Under the pieces are notes generated by a model, which was not told the DNA's origin, did no database searches, and saw only the letters and a list, made by a program, of their open reading frames with translations. Shown piece by piece: positions 26,093-39,869 of a stretch of DNA of 63,863 nucleotides (positions are counted from its first letter, which is position 1; each line of letters begins with the position of its first letter). Source of the DNA: Carcharhinus longimanus (lineage: Eukaryota); the NCBI GenBank assembly GCA_030264375.1, contig JASCQW010000154.1, forward strand, positions 4,107,011 to 4,170,873. Direction: 5' to 3'. Both the position numbers and the translations under genes were made by a program.

Positions 26093-26816
26093 CTTTCATT
26101 TCCTTCTCGGGGAGGATTTTGTCGGAACCACGAAACTGGAAAGAGGCTGTGTCTTGTACAAATGTACTTTCTCTTCCCCCTGCGTTCTTTCCCGGGTCTC
26201 CGCGGCCCAGATCTTTGGCGGTGCTCATTTTTGATTCTTTTTCACCTGGTTTTGAGGAGGACGACGTGGCGAAAGAAGAAGTGAAGGAAATGCTGGATTG
26301 TATCGAGCACGGAGTTGTGACTGGCGGTGGCGGGTTGTAATCCGTCGGTTTGTTTGATGAATAGCTCGGTTCTGAACGGAAATAGCTGGGTATGGGAACG
26401 CTGCCACTGTCACTTGTGCAGCTTTCAGAAATCACCCTTGGATAGACTGAGACCTCAGGGTGCGTCTTCGAGTGCTTACCCCCGTCTAATAAACAATAGT
26501 TGGCTTCTTCCTTCACACTGGACGTGAAGGAATAAGAGTTTATCTGCTGAAGTCGGCCTGTGTGGATGGATGGTGACTGGTTTACCCACCCTGCCATGCC
26601 TGGCACGTACTGATGTGGAACCAAAGCTATACCTTGCTGGCTGTTCATCTCCCCTTGTTTATGAGGTGATTGGCCAACTTGCCAATTCTGTACCCCGTAG
26701 CCCTGGTTCGCCCTGGAGGACAAATAACCCCCAGGACAATAAGGTTCAGCCCTTCTGGAGCAAATTAAAGACTTCACTGAAAAGGAGCTGGGAGCTGAAT
26801 TCTCCGAACATGACAT
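26093..26816 (-). CDS. hoxb10: Homeobox protein Hox-B10, coding exon 1 (724 nt, phase 1 donor)
   Basis: MSCSENSAPSSFSVKSLI..., with group-10 motifs SVKEEANYCL and VPIPSYFR. Donor AAAG|GTGGGT joins in frame to exon 2, giving 996 nt (331 aa) across a 5194-nt intron. Confidence 0.9.
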
Positions 26817-29800
26817 AGCTGCAGCTTAATTTGCTGAGGGGGGTTGGGGGTGGGGGGGGGGGGGGACGTCAAAAAATGGTGTTTATCAAANNNNNNNNNN
26901 NNNNNNNNNNNNNNNNNNNNNNNNNNNNNNNNNNNNNNNNNNNNNNNNNNNNNNNNNNNNNNNNNNNNNNNNNNNNNNNNNNNNNNNNNNGGGGGGGAAA
27001 GGAAAAAAAAGGTCTTTATCAAACTGACATTTCACTTGGACTCCTCAGATGCCGGCTGCGTTCAACTTCCTCCCAGCCAGCCAATTAAATTCATGGCAGC
27101 CCCCCGTAGGCTCCGCCTACATCACGAGGGTTTAGAAATGAGAAGAAAATTGACGTATTTGTGAGACTCTGAAACACCCGGTCATTGTGACAAATACAAG
27201 ATTGTTAATTCAGCTATGATAACCAAATTAGACAGAATCATGTCCTGGTCCACAAATGCAGGCTCACCAGTCCAAATTAAAGAACGTGGTTGCCATGTTC
27301 TATGACAAAGTAAAACAGAACAAGGTTATTATTTGCAGTTTTTTTTTCAGACAGTATGGCGACAGTAGGGACGCTAGAGGAGCTCTGTGCTTTTTCCAAG
27401 TCGGTAACATGGGAACCCATGACTGAAGTAAGGGTTCAGTGGAAATAAGGGGAAGGTTGAAGTTAGAAATGTACCTGTAGAAACAATATATTAGTGTTCA
27501 GGAAGAATAAATATTGACTACACCTCCAGAAATATCCACATTTACAGTAATGCGACAGATAAACAAATACATATAAACATATTAGAACAGTTACATGCTA
27601 ACTTATGGTTTTAATTATGACATTAAATTAAGTAGCATTTACAACATCCCTTCTGGGATATAGAAGTAGAAGTTAACTTAAGGTGAAGTCAAGTATATAT
27701 ATTTGACACACAGGCACCAAAAGGACATTAAAAGTTTATGCTTGCTTTATTTGCAAATGGGGCTATTTTTCACATTATGATAGTCCAAGGGTGTAGAATC
27801 TGCAGTTTCCAATCCCTGAGCATTCATACAATACTGTATGACAATATACAGCTTAAGTAGCTTGTAGCCTGCAACAAATGACTAACTTTTGTTCTAACTT
27901 CACCTCTTGGTCCTCTGTTGGATTAAAAGAGAAGGGGTTCAGAAATAGCCACGTTTCCCTTCATCCGCAGAGTTATTTTAATCCTTTTTAGCTTTAAAAT
28001 TAGTTCTAAAAACAGCAGTTAGATTTGATCTATTTTTCCATTTCGAGCTCCTCAAACTTGTTGTCATCTTGTGTTTCTCAATAATTGGAAATGACAACAT
28101 ATCTTCCTACAGCTTCGATTTTATGTTCCGGAGTCTTTCCTCTTTTTGTCTATTTTTTAATGGAAGATCTTGAGTCCTATATTTGTTCTTAATGTCTCAC
28201 ATACTTCAATACACTTACTTAGTCTTGTACTCAAATTTGCTCCAGCGAGTTAGAGAATTGGACGCATAAATAAATAATCAAACAAATAAACGAGTAGATC
28301 ATTTTACAAATGAGAATGTGGATGTTGTGTCTCAAGGAAAGGAATCTCACGCTTACAGTACAGTTGTGCCGAGCTGCGCACTAAGAGGCCAATCGTTTCG
28401 TCATTTATACATAAGCATTAAATCTGACTTTATACACCCCTAAGGTTTTCAACTAAGATCAAATCTCCTGTGCAAACATGTTTTGCAACAGCAATTGAGT
28501 TAAACTAGTGTTTTTTTAAGAAAAGCAATGGTAATGTAAGTTGTCTGTTTCCCGAGAGTGGAATATTTTATATCTGTCAAATTCAGGCACAGACGCCAAT
28601 GCAGTATAAAAAATCTGCATTAACAGAAAATGAAGTTTTAACTTTGAAATACAATACCCCATGGGGGGTTCACGCTCCCAACTGTAAATATTTAAAGAAC
28701 AGAAAAAAATTAAATCTGACGATGACAGATAGGGGCATTTTTATTGACAACTGGCTAACTAACTATAGATTTGGAGCAATTGTCCTTTTCAACCTCAATT
28801 AAATCTGTTTTCGTGACTCAAGTTAAATGTGTACAGTCCGCACATTTTTTCATCGTCTGGAAGCAATGCCAACGAAATCCGACAGGAACTCAATTGGTTC
28901 GCCCATTACTAGTTCGGGTGGAGGTAAGATTCAACACTTCTCACACCGCTTGCCGCCCCCACCCCCGGAAAAACATATCCTCTAAAATGCAAAGAAAGCA
29001 CCTTTGTATAGATAACTGGACTTAGTCACAGTTTGTAACCCAGTAATATTTCAGAGCAGCAACAGGGGATTGTAGCATGTCATTGCCACGTGGACGGGGC
29101 ACGCGTGGGGGCAATTTTCCATCCCGAACCTGCAGCAATAATTTCACAGAAATGACTGAGAGCTGCTTGTGAGAGAATAAGCAGAGGATTATCCTGGCTC
29201 AAGCTCATTACAAGGCCCCGGAGTACGGTATTCTGGGCAGCCGTGTAAAACAATCTAAAGCGTGGTGTATTGTAAGTGAGGGGTCGACAAATGTGGATTC
29301 ATAAGCGTTATACAGTGACAGGAGTGCAGTATCTGAATGAAGAACATCACACTGAAACCTGCATCACTAACTCCCAGCAAGACATGTCAATAGCTAACAT
29401 TGCCTCCTCCAAATTAGCGAATTAACCGGGAATACAAATGCAGGACTCAGAACTGTATACAACGCTCCCACACTACATACAAATCTCTGAGTATGTGTGC
29501 AACTCATACTGCATGTAACTGCGATCTCAAATCTCATTTACTTTCTATGATTCACCTGAACACAACATTGCATACTTCTACTGATCGACACAATGCAGTG
29601 GATATTGTAACCAAGGTTGCATGCGATATATTTGCGAGTATATGATCAGTGAGCCTGTTAGAAGTTAAAATTTCTGCTGTCATACTTTATTAGGAAAGTA
29701 CAGTGGCGAAATTAGGGATTCGTAACCTGTTGCGAAAAATTGTAGAAACTGGGTTTAGAAATCATAAGGCGACAGGGAGGCGTCAAATAAATCTCAAAAA

Positions 29801-32800
29801 CAATAGGATTTGGGGTGTTTTTAATGAACAGTCCTGCCTCACATGTGACTAAGTAAATAGAGAAGTGAAATGACTATAACCACTATTCGTGATTACTTTG
29901 GCTTCCACAGCTCACATCAAGCCGTTCGCTTATTTAACTCTAAAACACAATCTCTTACACAAGAACTTAGGTGGCATTCATGCACGTAGGCATTAGTAAA
30001 CAGTGCATGCTTCCAATTTTAAGACATACGCCGCTGAGAAGGCAGGATTTAGCTTGGTAAATATGTGTTGAGTTTAAATAACATTTATTTTGCATCCCTT
30101 CTCATAAAACCCTTGGGGATTTTGAACAATTAAAATAACGCGTATCATCCACAGCATCACAAAGAACACCTTTGCACAGAGTTTTTTTTAAAAAATATGT
30201 TACATAATTATCTTTATCCCGATAATGTTGAAATTTACCACGGAGGTCACAAACGTTCTGAAATGTAAAGCTCAGAATCCAAGAGGCTCAAGATAAGAAT
30301 TATTGCGCCGATTAAAAAACACGGAGGCAGTATTGAGTGCAGAACATCGTCTGATGCTGGTGTATGCTTGGTGAAAACGAGCCATATATAATTCTAAGAT
30401 ATTTTAAATCAGATTTATACAATTACGGTGACAGCAATTGCAGCAGGAACCCCGCGCAGTGATTGTTTAAGGAAGAATTGCAATCACAACGCTGAATGTA
30501 ACTGAAGAAACCTTTTTGAAAGGGTGACATTATTTTCCTAGATTGAAAACACGGTTCAGTAGCGACTCATTAATAGAGCCTCACTGAGCGGGGTTGGGGA
30601 GGAGTGGGGGTGGGGATCTGGGGGGGCGTGAATGTCGGGGGTAGGTGGGTGGAGGGAGGGCGATGGATACTTACAGCAAAATGGCGTCAGAAGACTAATT
30701 GCCTGGGAGAAATTCATGCATATGCTGATCTCTCGAAACTTACGCAAGTATATATTGCTGTCTGTTACACGATGCCAAATAATAGTATGGGATTCAACAA
30801 TAGACAGTCAATGCTAACGGAAAGTTAGTTCTAAACAAATATTGTAGACTTATGGCTTTGTCTGGCTTATTCCAAGCATTTATAATTCAAAATCTAAATA
30901 ACGTGACTTTTGCATCTAAGGTCCTCACCGCTGATTCCAGACTAATGGTTGTGATCTTATCCTCCACGAGTCCCCCACACCCCCCTACCCCCGCTCGCCC
31001 AGCACCTTCACCTTCTCTGTTTCTGCTTTTCTCTTACTCAGTCGTTGGGGGGTCGTTTTCGTTGAAACGTACGTACGTAGGGAATTTTAAGTACTGAACT
31101 GTCCCATATAGAACATGTCTACTGGGTATATCAGTGAAATTGTAATGTTATCGAATATTCAAATACTTGCATTTGTGCTGCTCCTTTAATAGAGAAAACA
31201 AACTTCTTAAATCGCTCCAGTGATAATATCTACATAGTTCTCAAGAAAAATCTAGATGTATAAATTAACAACCACGTTGGAACATCAACATTTTAGGCCT
31301 ATTCGAATCTGTTCATTTTCAGTTTCTTCACGCGGAGTCCCTATAAGTGACTAACAAGGAAATTTGCCAATTTTCTCTTAGAAAACCTATTGTCAGTAAA
31401 TAAAGTTAAAGCAATGGAAGATGAACTCGAATCTCTGCACAATGGTTGCTGACAATACGGATTCGTATTTGTTACTAAGCGGTCACTGTAGTCTTTTACT
31501 TTCCAAGATGGGTATATATTAATACATTTAAAACATGATGGCATCTCCACGTTAATTTGAAACGACCCGATTATATTGACTTACAAATATTAGCCAATTT
31601 TGCCAATTGTAAGCTCGGAGTGCCTCATAACTAATAGATTTCTAACTTAAAATTATGTTGAAACAGAAGTGCATTTCACTCCGGCATATTTCAACTTCTT
31701 GCGATATTTCTGCATCTTTGATGTAATTTCGTTGCAACGTAACCACTATGTAGTGTTCCAGCCAGACTCCTTTGAAAACCAATCAAAGCTCGATCAGTAG
31801 CGTTCAAAGTATAATTTAAAACTGCAGAACTTACAGGAAGACGGTGTCATGGTTAAGTTCGGAACTTGGATCTCGGCACTTCTTTTTTACATTTAATTTC
31901 GGGATCTCACGTGGATGAAATGAATGAAACGCGACACAACGAAACAAACCATGGAACAGGCCACACATTGCACCAGGAATCTACTTTCCGACAGAAATTT
32001 TCCCTCGAAACATCGGTTTACGGCTAACCGCAAGAAATGGAGTCAGTTCACATTTCGGCTCGTGATTAATATGTCCTTTACTGGCAGCATAAATCAAACT
32101 AGCTTAGTCAAGAATGCTCCTCTGTATCTAACTATTTGCCTGTCTTTCTATCAACCCGTTTGCTACAATTCTGCCAATTGTAGATGACGTGATAATTTGC
32201 CCCCTTTCAGCCCTTTAATCCATGATTGCAAAACTGTGCAACCTTTTCCCCGGTTAAATTCAAACTTCGTTCAATAAATTATAGCTTGCTGTTCACCTCT
32301 GTTGTGCGAATCTTTCGATGTCCTTGTCTTATTTGTCCCTTGGACTTTTAAATTCAATTCCAATCAACCCTACGCATGTGTCCACTTCAATTCCCTCAAA
32401 GTGGAGGCGATATCTCCGCATCTTTCTTTCCATAGTCTACTTGAGGCTCCTCCATGCTCCTTCTGAAGTAAAACAAAGCTGTTCTGCATAATTCTCCAGG
32501 ATAATAAACAGAAACTCGACACCCGCAAAAGTGAGGCCTGGACATTTCGTCTTAGTTTAAAAATGGCTCAGTAAGATACATGAACGCTTCTGTAATATAG
32601 CCCAACAATAACCTGTCCTCTCACCTAAATTAAACAACGTTCCAGATTGAACTGTAACAGGCATTTTTTAAAAGCCATTGATACTTTTAAAGGTACAACT
32701 CAGATATGAGAGTGATGTGTGCTTGAATTGGAAAATGGCGTCTCCAAATGAAATGCAGATTCCGAGTTCATTAAATTAAATGAGATCTGGCAACTGATTG

Positions 32801-35800
32801 GGCGATCATCAGTAAATTACAGTTTGTTAGCTTCCCATCAGCATCAAGCCAGAGTTCTCGCCGTTTTATAGAACGAAGATAGCAGAATGATCACTGGTCA
32901 ACACTTCTGACTTATTAATGGTCCAAATAAATCCGTCCACTGGCCTATTTGTCGGTACCCAACGGCTCTGCAGTGCATCATTTGCACCTATTCCTCTCTG
33001 AACTTGTTTCTCACAAAGAAATATGCCGAAACTATTCGAAGACGTGTTTTTCCTTATAAATTTGCACATTTAGAGCCGTGAGGACCGAATCCTCCTGCTC
33101 TTTTCAAACCCAATCCACATTAATGATATGATGATCTCAAGTTTGCGTCTCTTAACGCTGGATAAGGGCAAATCAGTTTAAAAAAAACCTCTCGCAGTGG
33201 AGACACTTGCAGTTTCAGCATTTACTAAGATTGCAAATGTATCTAAATGTATCTGTCTACAATCTACATCCGTGAAACTGGTCGTTTCCGGCTCAGGTGC
33301 AGACGGACAGCAAGAAAGCATCATTCCTTTGCAAAACATTCAACTGAAATCACAGAGGATCACGGTTGCATTATTTTCAACCCTTGGTTTATTTGGTAGC
33401 GTGTATAACTATAAGCAATTTCTCTTCGTCGAGGAACTAACACTGAGTTTGACATTGACGGCTCCTGTTGCAGTCAGTCAGCCGTTCAAGCTTGTTAATC
33501 TGTTTTTTCAATGTAACATCTAAGCTTTAAAGATACTCTAGCATAATGAAAAACTGCATTTCTATTTCTCCGTAAAAAAAGCCTTACATCACTTCGTTTA
33601 GATATTTCTCAGCCACCGTAACAGCAAGGTGTTCTGTCTGTAAATGGAGGAAGAATTATAGATTCGGAACACCTGCAGACCTGTTGTTTAATTGTCTTGA
33701 CTTCACTAATTTAAGCTTTTTTTTTAGCCCGTTTGAGATTTCATCTAAGCGACATTTACATGACGCAGAATTAAAAGTTGGATTTTAGTCATTGTTATTA
33801 TTACCGCACGAAAATTAGAATATTCATTCAATTAAAGCTTAAATAAAAGTTAAAATGATTTTCTCACTCGCCTGTTTTTCAGTTTTATCAGGTCGAAAAG
33901 GCTTATACATAACCCGATCATCTTAGCCAAGCTAGCAGTCAGAAAAATGCGTCCATGTCAATCCAATCTCAAAGCCAGTTTTAAATCATTACAAACAACG
34001 GTATTTTATCTCGGTAAAGATGGAGAAGGAGAATTTCCATGTAGAATAAAAGGAATAACATAGATTATTTGTTTTAATTGGTTCCATGTTCGCGTTATGC
34101 TATATAATTTATCTATATTACTTAATTGTAAGCAAACCTTGCACATCCTTGCCATAAATTCGCCGACGTTGACTTTCTGGTATCATCAAAGTTACATTTT
34201 TAACATGAACTTGGAACAATAAGGATCTTATCTGTCCGTACATGCAACCTTAGGCAGTTATAAGCATTTAATACACATACTACCTTATAAATGACTTTCC
34301 AAAGAATATTTGGGGCTGTAAACTGATTCTGCACAAAATAATTGTGTAACCACCATTCAATCAGTCCAGCACTTAAATAAAGTTGCGACTATTTCACTGC
34401 ACAAAATTAAATGTAAGCTCTTCCTCAATAAATATTTTTGGCCGTGTTGCAAAATTAATAAACACTGTCACATTGTTCGAAAATAATGGACTCTTTCACT
34501 GTCGCTCGCGAGACGATATTTACTCCATAAGCTAGAAGGATTTTGTAAGACATTTACTGAGGATTTTCATGTGGCACTTCACAAGAAATGATGCAAACCT
34601 ATTAAAAGATATTCTCCATTATCCGTTTCAATTTAGTCATTGGAATAATGTAATTTATAAATGGGGCTGGTAATTTCGTAAAGCATGATTTTTATTTTTA
34701 CAATATAAATTATTCGAGAAGCTGTGTATCCCTGTTAGTTGTGCGTTAGTTGTTAACATGCATATCGGGTTAAACTTTGCAAAGGCAGAAGAGACTCACC
34801 ATAAAGGTGTACTAAAGGTCAAAAAGGTCAATAATTTTGCACCGATTATACATCCAATTAGGTAGTCAAAGATTCTGGCTGCTTAAGGTTTGGGAATGAT
34901 AAGTCTTCGGGATTTGTAAATTCTATTTGCAAATTGTCTCCATATCGAAACTATTTTGTCATAGGTTCACATAGCACTGGACAAACTGGAAAAAGAAGTA
35001 GTAGCAGCAACACTTCAAACTTCCACTTGAGGTCGCTGTTGCTTCACAAATGAGCCGAAGGAGACCATGGCCTTTATGCGTCTGTCTGGAATTCAATTCA
35101 ATTAAATTCAAGAGTACAAAAGCATTTTTTGTACTTCTATTGGTAGCATTAAAAAACACTAACAAAGTTAGATTCCATAGCACACCACAACTTCAGCGGC
35201 TTAGTTCACATCTATTTATTATAATTATAAAAGAAAATACAAAAATAAAACAGCTAAAGTACTCGCCTCCTAATTGCTTCTAATAACATTCACATGTGAA
35301 TCGCTTTTTTGTCTATATGTTTTATGATGTTTAACTTCTACCGATTTAGAATATGGGGGGAAGCGATCACTGTCTTGAATGGATTGTCTCTTTATATATT
35401 ATAGAATAACAGACCAATTATTTTTAAAGCTGTGGTTGAAAGGTTGTCTGTGAATTGTTCAGGATGTGCCGGGGCTTCCTACCAGGGACAACGGTTGATG
35501 TTGGTATTCATGCAGTTTTAAGTTACAAAATAGGAAGGTCGGGAAATATATGCCACTTTGAAAGATCACTGTACATTAAACTGTCTTTCATTCTTTACTA
35601 TTTTTCCAATTAGCCACTTCAAACTCTCAGACTAACCTTCCTGCTGCTTTCAGTTAGTGACCGACAAAACAAAAACAGACTACTCCACTGATGCAAAACA
35701 TTTTTATCAGTCTGCACATTTTTCCCCGATACAACATCCACCAAAGTTCGATTAACNNNNNNNNNNNNNNNNNNNNNNNNNNNNNNNNNNNNNNNNNNNN

Positions 35801-37278
35801 NNNNNNNNNNNNNNNNNNNNNNNNNNNNNNNNNNNNNNNNNNNNNNNNNNNNNNNNTACAACATCCACCAAAGTTCGATTAACATAAAGATAACGAGCAG
35901 AATTATCATAATTAGCAGATTAACCTGAAATGAATCAGTCCTTTAATTGTGAATAATACTGGCAGCAATATTGAGATTAACATTTACTTTCGTCCTTCTT
36001 TTCAACGAAGATGGTGAATTCTACACTTGAAATTATAACTGAAACAAGATATTTCTTGCAGAGCGGATCATCTGCAATACAATATCAGGCAGAATGTTGA
36101 GCGTGTTTATTTTTTCGATGCTTTTCTTCAAAAAACACATTCTGTAATCAGTCTCGAAAATTAAACATATTAAAAAATATAGAAAGTTTGTGTAAAATCA
36201 AACTTTGTTGAAAAACTTGAAACTACTCCCCATGCCAGGGATCGGAAACAAACATTAGAACCCCAATAGAGCAGCTGAAAATCAAACAGTTGATTATAAA
36301 TTGGAGCATTGTTTGTAAACAGCGCAAATCAGCAGCAAATTAGGCGAAACTTATCTAACCAAACATATAACAAGATACCTGGACGCTGGTTTTAAAGTTA
36401 GGAATCTAAAATAACGAGCTTGGGAGTTCTATCATCGGGTGTTAGCAAAACACCTTACTGAAATGGAAGATAGAAGCCAAATCAACGCAGTTCGTAGAAC
36501 ATTTGCTCAGTTGCGATATTTGCTGTTCTTTCTGTGACAAGGTGGAATTGCGGAACTAAAAATCAAAGTGGGGGTGAATGCTAAGCAGGAGGCCCCGGGG
36601 AATTATACTACTGCGCGAGAATTCTGAAAATGCAGTGAAGGAGTTAGAGTCCGATATAAAGGCAGCAGGGTTCTGATTTCCCGAGGTATCTGGATTTTCT
36701 GGTTTGCTGGCTGCCAGTAATTTGTCTGATGTGTTATTCCCGCCCTGGCGTGCATCAATCTCCCGTTTCAATTTAATAAAAGCTTCAATAATCCACACAG
36801 GGCCCAAAACATTACGTCCAAGAATCCCTCTCTCGCCAGAGGTAACCTCTGACTACCAGAAACGTGCAGTCACTCACCTGTCAGATTGTTACGGTCTGTT
36901 TAGAGGTTTCCCCCAGACACTCATTTGTTGCTTTAGTGCAGCATTTCTCCAACCCCTCAATGACCATGGGCCGTAGGCGCTGTGCTCGTTTCCTCTCGCC
37001 GTTCGAATGCCCGCTGCAGAGTTGATAGCACAGTGCATAATATTACTGCTATTAGGGCTTGACGCTGATTGCGCCACCCTGCGCATTATGCAGATTTCCT
37101 GCCGTTACTGTTAAGCTTTTCAAAAGAACGCTTCGGCTTGTACAGGCGGCTGTTGTATTTATACGAAGTCGGTGCGGTGTGTACTTTCCGCCTCGTTTAA
37201 TCAGTGGGATTTATGCCAAGGAAGGTACATTTCAAAATGAGTCGTTAACATGTTATTAAAGATCAGTGAAATCTAACT

Positions 37279-37292
37279 GTAGCCATGGCAAC
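37279..37292. promoter_or_regulatory. RFX X-box-like palindrome
   Basis: GTAGCCATGGCAAC is one mismatch from GTTGCCATGGCAAC. Confidence 0.5.
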
Positions 37293-37555
37293 GGTTGTTG
37301 TCTCTTATTGGCGTAACATGGCAAGGTTACAGAAGACTACCTACTGCGTCAGTCGCTGGAAGAGTCATCTTCCACACAGATTGTTACTAAATAGATTCAC
37401 TTTCCGTCAATGGGAAAATCCAGCGCCAATGTTGAACTTTTTTTTGTTCTTCTTTCTTCTGCTTTGAGGCCACTTGGAACCATTAACAGATCGTGAAATT
37501 GATCCGTTTGCGGAGTGTTTTAGAAGTTTGTTCTGTTAATGGAATGTGCTTGTCT

Positions 37556-37597
37556 TGACCTCGGGGTCAAAGGTGACCTTGACCTGAAGGAAGTTCA
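37556..37597. promoter_or_regulatory. Dense nuclear-receptor half-site cluster (perfect DR0 plus DR1 and everted repeats)
   Basis: TGACCT-cg-GGGTCA-a-AGGTGA overlapping TGACCTTGACCT (minus AGGTCAAGGTCA, 37585-37574), then AGTTCA at 37592-37597. Confidence 0.6.
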
Positions 37598-38824
37598 AAG
37601 ACAGTGCTTATTAGACCAGAAGAAGAAAAGGCGGTTAGGCATTTAAAGCAGCTGGATTTTCTGAGAAAGAGACAGAGAGAAAGAGAGGTAAGATAAAAAG
37701 CGAGATGGGAAAGAATGAAGGCGAGACAAGGGGATGAAGAAAAGGAAGATGCGGAGACGAGGACACAGAGTGAGAAGGTTAAAAAAATACATGGAAGCAG
37801 AATTTTACAGTGAATCGAGCAGCATCCTTGAAGGAAAGAACATTATCATTTTGGGCAGGATGATACAATTCCTCTTTTAATTATGAATGCTCAGTCATGG
37901 TAGTTTTTTTTTATTAAGTAGACCAGGCAGCGGGGACAGAAAAAAGCGGAGAGTCAGACAGTCGGAGGTAGAGACATGAAGATAGAAGTCAGAGAAAGAC
38001 GTGGAAAAAATGAAAACGGAATCGATAACTGTACATCATGGGGCTGGGGGAGGGGGGGCGCAGGCAGGGAAGAATGAGATCGTAACGTATCAGAGAGCCA
38101 AAAAATAGAAAATATGGATCATTAATTGAATTGTCAGAAAATGCTTATGTCTCTTTCCCTATCACAAGGATCTCGAGGAGAAATCTAAACCTGATTTCAT
38201 TGATATAAACGCACCAAAACAAATGGACGTGGCAGAGAAATAAATTTAGCCGAGAGATTAAACCACAGTGATGAACAAAGCCCAAATGATCAAAACTCCA
38301 TCTCAAGAAGAATGGGCTGTGGAAAATTTGTACAGATTTTTGTATACACTGTTGAACTTACTGTCCCCACAAACCCGTTCATTTCACCGCATAGCGTTCT
38401 GGTCTCTCCCAGTTCAACTGTATATTTGGGAAGCTGAGCATCACAAACTGGCTCTCGCGTGGAAGCAAAGCCAGTCAGTCCTTAAAAAGTTTGCAGGATT
38501 TTGTCCGAGGGTCAACATGGCCGCTCCAGTTCTCACTCCCCACCCCCCAGCCACCACCACCACCACCACACACCCCCACCCCCTCCCCTCCCGCACCCCT
38601 CGCCACTCCCGACCTTTCAGTAAGAACTTGAATTTTTGGATTGATCTTCGTCCAATCAATTAGTTTTAGTTTAAAAAACAAATAAGTTTAAACTCAACAG
38701 GAGAGGGAGAGAGATCTTGTTGTAGCCGACAGTCGCAAAGAAACAATTGGCATCGTGCGTCACGATGGTTCTTAGCTTCCCCCCACACCCATTTAATGAC
38801 TTCAGTTCAACTTTCCACAGGCAC

Positions 38825-39185
38825 ACAGACAGGGAGATATGAGGACGGAGAATAGTGGAGAAAGAGAAAGACACGGGCAAGGAGAGAGGGACAAGACACA
38901 GACAAGGAGAGAGAGACAGATGCAGACAAGGGGAGGGAGAGAGACAGACACAGCCAAAGAGAGAGACAGACACAGACAAGGAGAGAGAGACAGACACAGA
39001 TAAGGAGAGGGAGGAAGAGGCAGACACAGACAAGGAGAGGGAAAGAGAGACAGACACAGATAAGGAGAGACACACAGATAAGGAGAGAGAAGCACAGACA
39101 AGGAGAGAAAGAGAGACACAGGTAAGGAGAGACAGGCAGACACAGACGAAAGTATCAGAAACGGACAGGGAGAGGGACACAGAAA
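38825..39185. repeat. Purine-rich degenerate minisatellite (GA/CA-rich, unit about GACAAGGAGAGAGAGACAGACACA)
   Basis: Repeated GACACAGA(C/T)AAGGAGAG blocks. These explain the low-complexity ORFs on both strands. Confidence 0.9.
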
Positions 39186-39229
39186 ATCTTTCAGAATGTT
39201 GACAAAGAAATACATCTTTATATCTTTAT

Positions 39230-39600
39230 AAACGTACTGGACGCACACCATGTGTACACTACGTATACGTTGGACACGATTTACGTACATGGCATGGAAA
39301 TGTCGAGTGCGGTCAGAATGCATAATGGAACCTGGTGAGAATAGACTAGATACATACCATGTACACAATGGATACAAGTTGGATACATGTTGAGTCGGTG
39401 CCAGTGCATGCTGGTCCAATGTTAGGCGCATGATGGGTTTGTTAGGTGCATAGAAGTTACATGCTGGCTGTGGTCAACATATGATGGGCACATGTTTACT
39501 GCACGCTGGTTCCATGATAAGCACGTAGTGTACATCAAGACTACATGTTCAGTACATGTTTGGTACACGCCAGGCGTATGCTAAATACGCATGCGCAATA
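39230..39600. repeat. Cryptic degenerate tandem repeat, about 11-bp unit resembling GGTACATGTTN
   Basis: Successive units such as GGATACATGTT, CAGTGCATGCT, AGGCGCATGAT, GGGCACATGTT, GACTACATGTT, CAGTACATGTT. Confidence 0.55.
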
Positions 39601-39869
39601 TGGTGATTTGAATCATCTTTGCGCATATTGAGTCTCTGTAGCGGTATGTCCTTTCCATGCGTAAGCTGAAAACATCCAGTGCCAATTCACCACCATTTCT
39701 TATAAAAGAAAAATGTTTGTAGAGTGGTACTAGATGAGCAGAAATTTCCTCCAACGAAGTATTGGGTAGGCAGAGGCATTACATTCTGTCCCCGCAGAGC
39801 CACTGACCTCACTCCTCTCCGAGGAAACTATTTAAGGTTCTCTTAGACAATACGAAAACTTAATGTCAT

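Noticed and set aside
34859-34866. TAGGTAGT here and ACTACCTA at 37336-37343 as a possible second miR-196
   Set aside because: Only 8-nt seed matches, with no remaining mature sequence or hairpin.
35730-35883. Identical 27-bp sequence on both sides of a 100-N gap
   Set aside because: Most likely an unmerged contig overlap, not a real direct repeat or TSD.
38671-39431. Long ORFs (up to 209 aa) on both strands
   Set aside because: Low-complexity translations (SLSV/ERET repeats) of the GA-rich minisatellite.
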